Both the position numbers and the translations under genes were made by a program. Positions 26,776 through 32,000 of a DNA stretch of 32,000 nucleotides are shown here, in pieces. Position 1 is the first letter of the stretch, and each line of letters starts with the position of its first letter. This DNA comes from Psychrobacter sp. HD31. GTDB taxonomy: Bacteria > Pseudomonadota > Gammaproteobacteria > Pseudomonadales > Moraxellaceae. The DNA lies in the NCBI RefSeq assembly GCF_051097895.1, contig NZ_CP142525.1, positions 780,001 to 812,000 on the forward strand, written 5' to 3'. A model generated the notes under the pieces. It was not told the DNA's origin. It saw only the letters and a program-made list of their open reading frames with translations, and did not search any database.

Positions 26776-26807
26776 AAAAAAAGAGTCGTCAACTTCGGCT
26801 CTTTTTT
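26776..26807 (+). terminator. rho-independent terminator after lipoprotein gene
   Basis: GAGTCG (26783-26788) pairs with CGGCTC (26796-26801), including one G-T pair, with a 7-nt loop. An A run lies 5' and T6 (26802-26807) lies 3'. Confidence 0.65.
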
Positions 26808-26929
26808 CTGTTTGATTCTCACTATTTTGTTGTTATTTACAGTTTAATCACTATAATAATTATTCCAATTTCATCCCTGTTTTTTTAAACAAAATAACTA
26901 TAAATTAAAACACTACCTCAAGGTTACTA

Positions 26930-28963
26930 ATGAGCAAGCTAAACCCTCGTCAAGATGAAGCAATGAAATACATTTCAGGTCCTCTACTCGTTTTAGCGGG
27001 TGCAGGCTCTGGCAAAACATCGGTTATTACCCAAAAAATTGCCCATTTAATAGAAAACTGCCATTACCCTGCCGAGCGTATTACTGCTGTAACCTTTACC
27101 AACAAAGCGGCAAGAGAAATGAAAGCTAGGGTACAAAGCTTATTACCCAGTGAAAAAACACGGGGCTTAACTGTTTCTACTTTTCACCAATTTGGTTTGC
27201 AGTTTTTGCGTTATGAGCTATTAAACACGCCACTTAAAGGTAATTTTTCTATCATGGATAGTGATGATTCTAAACGCTTATTAATGGAGCTGATGATCCG
27301 TGATAACCTGTCTGGTGCAGAAAGCCGTGAGCTGGTTGGTAAAGCCATCAAATTTATTAGCGATTGGAAAAATGATTTGATAGAGCCAGAAAAAGCAGCC
27401 GAAACCTTAAATGACCCAGAAGATATCATTTTTGCCAACTTATATGCCCTTTATGAACGTAATTTGCGTGCTTATAATGCAGTAGACTTTGACGACTTAA
27501 TCGTACTACCAACAAAAATTTTGCAAGAAAACAAAACGGTAAGAGATAAATGGCAAGCCCGTATCCGCTATATGCTGGTCGATGAATATCAAGATACAAA
27601 CACCGCGCAATATGAGTTAATTAAGCTATTGGTAGGCAATGAAGGAAGGCTGACTGTGGTTGGAGATGATGACCAATCAATTTATGCTTGGCGTGGTGCA
27701 AAACCTGAAAACATGGCACTACTTAAGCAAGACTTCCCCAAATTGCAAGTAGTTAAGCTAGAACAAAATTATCGCTCAACCAGCCGAATTTTAGAAGCCG
27801 CTAACTCAGTGATTAGTAATAATGAGCATATTTTTGATAAAGCCTTATGGTCGGATAAAGGACATGGCGAACTTATCCGCATTGTTAATTGCCGCAGTGA
27901 TGATGACGAGGCAGAACGTGTAGCTAAAGAAATCATTACCCATAAATTACGTCATGGTAATGAATGGGAAGATTATGCTGTACTGTATCGTAGTAACTTT
28001 CAGGCAAGAATGCTAGAAGCCCAGTTAAGACAACTGCAAATACCTTATAAGCTGTCTGGCGGCACATCATTTTTTGCACGTAGCGAAATCAAAGACATCA
28101 TGAGCTATTTGCGAATTATTTTAAACCCAGATGATGACAGTGCTTTTTTACGCATCATTAATACCCCAAAACGTGGGCTTGGTCCTGCCACACTTGAAAA
28201 GTTAGGCAACTTCGCGCTTGAGCATCAAATATCTTTACTGGCATCCTGTGCGCATAGCGGGCTTACCCATGTATTGCCTAATAAGGCGTATCATACCTTA
28301 CAACAGTTTGCCGAGTTTATTGAGCATTACACGCGTGAGCTTTATCAACACCCAGACCCTGTGCCCCTTGTTAAAAAAATGATTGATGAAACTGGATATA
28401 TTGATGTTGTGCGTAGTGAAGCAAAAACGCCTCAGCAAGAAAAAAACCGCATCGATAATATTGACTCGCTTTATGCCAGTATCCAAGCATTAATTGACCG
28501 TACAGAAAATGAAGATGAACAAAACATTGAAGCCGTTATCCGCAAACTTGTATTGTTAGATATGTTAGAGCAGCAACAAGAAGAAGAAAACACCAACACG
28601 GTTAACCTAATGACCTTGCATGCTTCTAAAGGGCTAGAGTTTAATTATGTTTGGATAATGGGGCTTGAAGAAGAGCTTTTACCACATCGCAATTCCATTA
28701 TCTCTGAAACAATTGAAGAAGAACGCCGACTAATGTATGTTGGCATTACACGGGCAAAGAAAGAACTTACCATGACCCTTGCAGCGCAACGCAGAGCTGG
28801 CGGAGAAATGCGTGTGACAACTCAATCACGCTTTTTAGAAGAGTTACCCGAAGACCATTTAGACTGGGCGGCAAAACGTAAAAAACAACAAGCTCAAAAA
28901 GACCCTAAAAAAGTTGCTGAAGAATATTTAGCAAATATTCAGGCAATGCTAAAAAAGAAGTAG
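26930..28963 (+). CDS. rep: ATP-dependent DNA helicase Rep (UvrD/Rep SF1 family)
   Basis: 677 aa. LNPRQDEAMKYISGPLLVLAGAGSGKTSVITQKIAHLI...AVTFTNKAAREMKARV closely parallels the E. coli Rep N-terminus. DEYQDTN, TLHASKGLEF and VGITRAK helicase motifs are present. Confidence 0.9.
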   Translation: MSKLNPRQDEAMKYISGPLLVLAGAGSGKTSVITQKIAHLIENCHYPAERITAVTFTNKAAREMKARVQSLLPSEKTRGLTVSTFHQFGLQFLRYELLNTPLKGNFSIMDSDDSKRLLMELMIRDNLSGAESRELVGKAIKFISDWKNDLIEPEKAAETLNDPEDIIFANLYALYERNLRAYNAVDFDDLIVLPTKILQENKTVRDKWQARIRYMLVDEYQDTNTAQYELIKLLVGNEGRLTVVGDDDQSIYAWRGAKPENMALLKQDFPKLQVVKLEQNYRSTSRILEAANSVISNNEHIFDKALWSDKGHGELIRIVNCRSDDDEAERVAKEIITHKLRHGNEWEDYAVLYRSNFQARMLEAQLRQLQIPYKLSGGTSFFARSEIKDIMSYLRIILNPDDDSAFLRIINTPKRGLGPATLEKLGNFALEHQISLLASCAHSGLTHVLPNKAYHTLQQFAEFIEHYTRELYQHPDPVPLVKKMIDETGYIDVVRSEAKTPQQEKNRIDNIDSLYASIQALIDRTENEDEQNIEAVIRKLVLLDMLEQQQEEENTNTVNLMTLHASKGLEFNYVWIMGLEEELLPHRNSIISETIEEERRLMYVGITRAKKELTMTLAAQRRAGGEMRVTTQSRFLEELPEDHLDWAAKRKKQQAQKDPKKVAEEYLANIQAMLKKK

Positions 28964-29067
28964 CAACCCACCAAAAACCCACCCCTACAATTGGGAGTTA
29001 AAATCTGTTATTCTCATAGCAGTATTGATTGTATTTTAAGCTTGTAAGCAACAGGAATCTTAAATCC

Positions 29068-30102
29068 ATGTCTTTATTTTCTCGCATCAAAAATTTAGTT
29101 GATTCAAAGCAGTCTTTACCCAAATCAGCTAATGACACACAAAACGCGCATCAACAACAAAATACTGACACACCCCCAATTAAATCTACTTATGAGCAAA
29201 TTGCTGAAGACAAAGACAAGCTTTCTGCACCAACAGAATTTACACAAGAGCAAATAGCACTTTTTAATAAACTGCAAAGTCAGCTCCAAGAAGTGGTTTT
29301 AAAAACCCACCATGCTTTTATCCGCATCAATACTCAGGTTTGTGAAACCATGCGCTTAACCGATAGCAAGTTTGGTGGCGTGCCTTACATTCCGGCAAAT
29401 GGTTTTTATCCTAAAGCGGCAGATGGAACACCTCTCATGCTATTGGCACAAATTAACTTTGAACAAGTTTTTGAGCAAGTATCTCATAACGAGTTTGCTC
29501 AGCTGCCCAAACAAGGCTTGCTACAAATCTTTATAAATGCTGGAGAGGAAGATCTTGGCAAAGATGAAGATGAACGTACACCAAACTCAAACTATCAAGT
29601 CCACTTTATCCCCAGTATTGATATTACAGCAACGCCACTCAGTGAATCTACCAAAATGGCAAGACAAAGTGTTGATGACAACTATCTTGAAGAAGTTTTT
29701 TCGCCCATTTCTACCCCACTCAAACTATCTTTTATTAAAGAATATGGCTGTGCAGGGGTTAGCGAAAACTTATTAGAGTTTATCGCTGCCAACCAAGGGC
29801 AAGCCATCGATGAGTTAGACTATGAAAATGGAGAAAAAGAAGATATTGCCTATGAAGCCATCAACAAGCTTTCTAACGCAAGCGGTCATAAGCTGTTAGG
29901 TATGCCCGTCTTCCCTAATGAAGAAATCCGCAAACCTTACTCTACACAAAAGCTGTTTTTACAAATTGATTCAGAATATCCAATGACCGAAAGCTATGAA
30001 ATCATGTGGGGCGATATGGGGGTAGCAAACTTTTTTATCCAACCAGATGCGCTATTAAACAAAGATTTTAGCAACCTTATTTATAATTGGGATAGCGAAT
30101 AA
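29068..30102 (+). CDS. DUF1963 / YwqG-family protein
   Basis: 344 aa counted from ATG 29068. [11 protein letters not shown]...[10 protein letters not shown]...[11 protein letters not shown] and C-terminal [12 protein letters not shown] match the YwqG/DUF1963 pattern. The N-terminal ~75 aa are polar and low complexity. Confidence 0.7.
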   Translation: MSLFSRIKNLVDSKQSLPKSANDTQNAHQQQNTDTPPIKSTYEQIAEDKDKLSAPTEFTQEQIALFNKLQSQLQEVVLKTHHAFIRINTQVCETMRLTDSKFGGVPYIPANGFYPKAADGTPLMLLAQINFEQVFEQVSHNEFAQLPKQGLLQIFINAGEEDLGKDEDERTPNSNYQVHFIPSIDITATPLSESTKMARQSVDDNYLEEVFSPISTPLKLSFIKEYGCAGVSENLLEFIAANQGQAIDELDYENGEKEDIAYEAINKLSNASGHKLLGMPVFPNEEIRKPYSTQKLFLQIDSEYPMTESYEIMWGDMGVANFFIQPDALLNKDFSNLIYNWDSE

Positions 30103-30154
30103 CCAAACCCACACACAGCAAAAATTACACCTATGTTTAATTGAAGGAAATAAA

Positions 30155-30619
30155 ATGCAACAAGTTCAAGTTAAAATTTTAAACAATAAAATTGGCACAG
30201 ATCCAAACTTCCCCCTACCTACCCGTGCCACAGATGGCTCGGCAGGTATCGATTTACGCGCTTGCATTGATGAAGCTATTACCATAAAAGCTGGCGAAAC
30301 CCAGTTAATTGGTACAGGCTTATCTATCTACATTGCCGACCCAAATTATGCAGGGCTGATTTTACCTCGCTCTGGTTTGGGACATAAACATGGGATTGTA
30401 CTAGGTAACTTAGTTGGTTTAATCGATGCCGATTATCAAGGCGAACTCATGGTTAGCGTTTGGAACCGTAGCAAAACTGACTTTGTATTAAACCCTGCCG
30501 AACGTATGGCTCAATATATGGTCGTACCCGTTGTACGTCCAGAGTTTAATATCGTTGATGAGTTTAGTGATATTAGTGAACGTGGTGCTGGCGGATTTGG
30601 ACACAGCGGTCGTCAATAA
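30155..30619 (+). CDS. dut: dUTP diphosphatase
   Basis: 154 aa. [34 protein letters not shown] and C-terminal [12 protein letters not shown] are canonical trimeric dUTPase motifs. Confidence 0.96.
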   Translation: MQQVQVKILNNKIGTDPNFPLPTRATDGSAGIDLRACIDEAITIKAGETQLIGTGLSIYIADPNYAGLILPRSGLGHKHGIVLGNLVGLIDADYQGELMVSVWNRSKTDFVLNPAERMAQYMVVPVVRPEFNIVDEFSDISERGAGGFGHSGRQ

Positions 30620-30684
30620 CCAAAATACTAAAATAGTTATAAACTTGTTAAGCTCTAAAATAAATATCTTATTTTATAGGGCTT

Positions 30685-30729
30685 AACAAAGCACAATACA
30701 GGCCGCACAAGCCTTTGTTATGGTTTTTT
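30685..30729 (+). terminator. probable dut terminator (second of two overlapping hairpins)
   Basis: AACAAAG (30685-30691) pairs with CTTTGTT (30713-30719), with an internal AGGC/GCCT stem. ATGG and T6 (30724-30729) follow. The 5' arm is shared with an upstream long hairpin (30644-30691). Confidence 0.4.
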
Positions 30730-30910
30730 GAATAAAATTAGCAACAATGGAAGCTTAGTACTTGACATAATTTGTGAATATGAGATAACTAATCTATTAA
30801 GGAGTTTTAATTAAACTGTAACTTTTATACAATATCTTCATAAATTATTACTTAATATTACAATCTAGTTTTTTATACTAGTAATGATTTAAAAAATAAA
30901 GATAAGAAAT

Positions 30911-32000
30911 ATGCATCCATTTTTACCTCAACAAACGCTGTTTAGAGCCTATGACATCCGTGGTGACTATCGTTACTTTACTGATGATTTTGTTGTTGGG
31001 CTGGCCGATGCATTTAGCAACCACTTTAACCAATTTTCCATTAATGATAAAACACAAATTGCACTTGGACATGATATGCGCCAAGGCAGCCTTGATATTG
31101 CACAAATATTAGCAAGCATATTTACAAAGGCAAATATCGAGGTAATTTGGTTGGGGTTAGTTACCACACCCATAATGGTATATTGGGCAGAGCAATATCA
31201 AGGTCATGGCATCATGATAACTGCCAGCCATTCGGTAAAAAATTACACGGGTATTAAATGGCTAACTGCTGGCGAATCACCAAGCTCAGCAGATATCACC
31301 TCTTTATTTAATAATCTACACAACAGTAAAACCTGTGTGCCAAGCACATTAAACCTTAATCAACTGTGGATAGATTGTCAGTCTCAAATCATTAATCGAC
31401 AAGATGTGGCTATCAAAGAGTACACCCAAGCAATACATCAAGCCATGAAGCCCCTACAAGCTCTAAACTCAAATAAACCGATTAACACCCTTGTGATTGA
31501 CTGTTTAAATGGCGCAACTTCCGACGTTGTTAGTCATATTTTTAGCCAATATGCACAGCAAGTGATTGTGTTAAACGACAACGCAGATGGTAGCTTCCCT
31601 CTAGGTAACCCTGATCCGTGTGAAAACGGACGCTTACAGCAATTACAATCGCAAGTATTAAAGCATGGTGCCGACTTGGGATTGACATTCGATGGCGATG
31701 GTGATCGTATTATGGTAGTCGATAATCAAGGCAAGATTATTGATGCAGATAACCTGTTATATTTATTGGCAAACACCGCCATTGAAGAAAAAAAACTATT
31801 AAAAACAGCAAATAACATGCAAAATACTATTGCTAGTGACCCTGTGTCTAATATCAGTGTCATATTTGATGTTAAATGCTCCCATCACTTGCCAGCTATG
31901 CTCAAAAAATCGGGGGCTAACCCAATTATGAGTAAAACTGGCAGCAGTCATATGCGTCAGCAAATGCAGCAAAGCAATAGCAACACCATCTTTGCTGGTG
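30911..32000 (+). CDS. phosphomannomutase/phosphoglucomutase (AlgC-like), 3' end outside the window
   Basis: I translated by hand from ATG 30911 and found no stop through 32000; it is absent from the ORF track because it has no in-window stop. N-terminal FRAYDIRG, phosphoserine loop ITASHSVKNYTGIK, metal loop FDGDGDRIMVVD, and later FDVKCS...KTGSSHM...FAG. Confidence 0.85.
   Translation, partial: MHPFLPQQTLFRAYDIRGDYRYFTDDFVVGLADAFSNHFNQFSINDKTQIALGHDMRQGSLDIAQILASIFTKANIEVIWLGLVTTPIMVYWAEQYQGHGIMITASHSVKNYTGIKWLTAGESPSSADITSLFNNLHNSKTCVPSTLNLNQLWIDCQSQIINRQDVAIKEYTQAIHQAMKPLQALNSNKPINTLVIDCLNGATSDVVSHIFSQYAQQVIVLNDNADGSFPLGNPDPCENGRLQQLQSQVLKHGADLGLTFDGDGDRIMVVDNQGKIIDADNLLYLLANTAIEEKKLLKTANNMQNTIASDPVSNISVIFDVKCSHHLPAMLKKSGANPIMSKTGSSHMRQQMQQSNSNTIFAG

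Noticed and set aside
29029-29067. TTG-initiated 13-codon extension of the DUF1963 ORF.
   Set aside because: The ATG at 29068 is the first ATG and is preceded by AGGA. The extension adds no recognisable sequence.
1-32000. Searched for CRISPR repeats, tRNA/rRNA genes, IS elements with transposases, integrases, toxin-antitoxin pairs and phage-defence-like genes.
   Set aside because: I found no regularly spaced repeats, no tRNA-like cloverleaf motifs in the intergenic regions, and no ORF with recombinase, transposase, nuclease-NTPase or reverse-transcriptase motifs.

Overview
This is a densely coding, low-GC gammaproteobacterial chromosome segment. The protein sequences look most like Moraxellaceae, but that is tentative and needs a database search. 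I saw no tRNA, rRNA, CRISPR array, transposase, integrase or phage genes. Most of the window is housekeeping: asd, dgkA, an asparaginase-family gene overlapping truA, phoH, a divergent tonB-like gene, rplU-rpmA, a HIT hydrolase, ilvD, a small lipoprotein, rep, a DUF1963/YwqG-like gene, dut, and a phosphomannomutase/phosphoglucomutase gene that runs off the 3' end and is missing from the ORF track. A three-gene type I secretion operon (TolC-like, ABC exporter, HlyD-like) lies between the HIT gene and rplU, and no substrate gene is nearby. The best candidate for under-described biology is the block at 14.6-24.2 kb. It has a LysR regulator coupled to a small unknown ORF, divergent from a FadE2/ACAD10-11-type acyl-CoA dehydrogenase. 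Downstream of that come a DinB-fold gene, an ACAD10/11-N-type kinase, an ABM-fold protein, a ClbS/DfsB-like protein overlapping a histidine phosphatase, an SDR and a FadD-type CoA ligase. I read this as a split, expanded relative of the 4-hydroxyacyl-CoA phosphorylation-elimination pathway (mammalian ACAD10/11, P. putida lva). Its extra genes have no assigned role in that pathway. All family calls rest on motifs read by eye and need HMM or BLAST confirmation.
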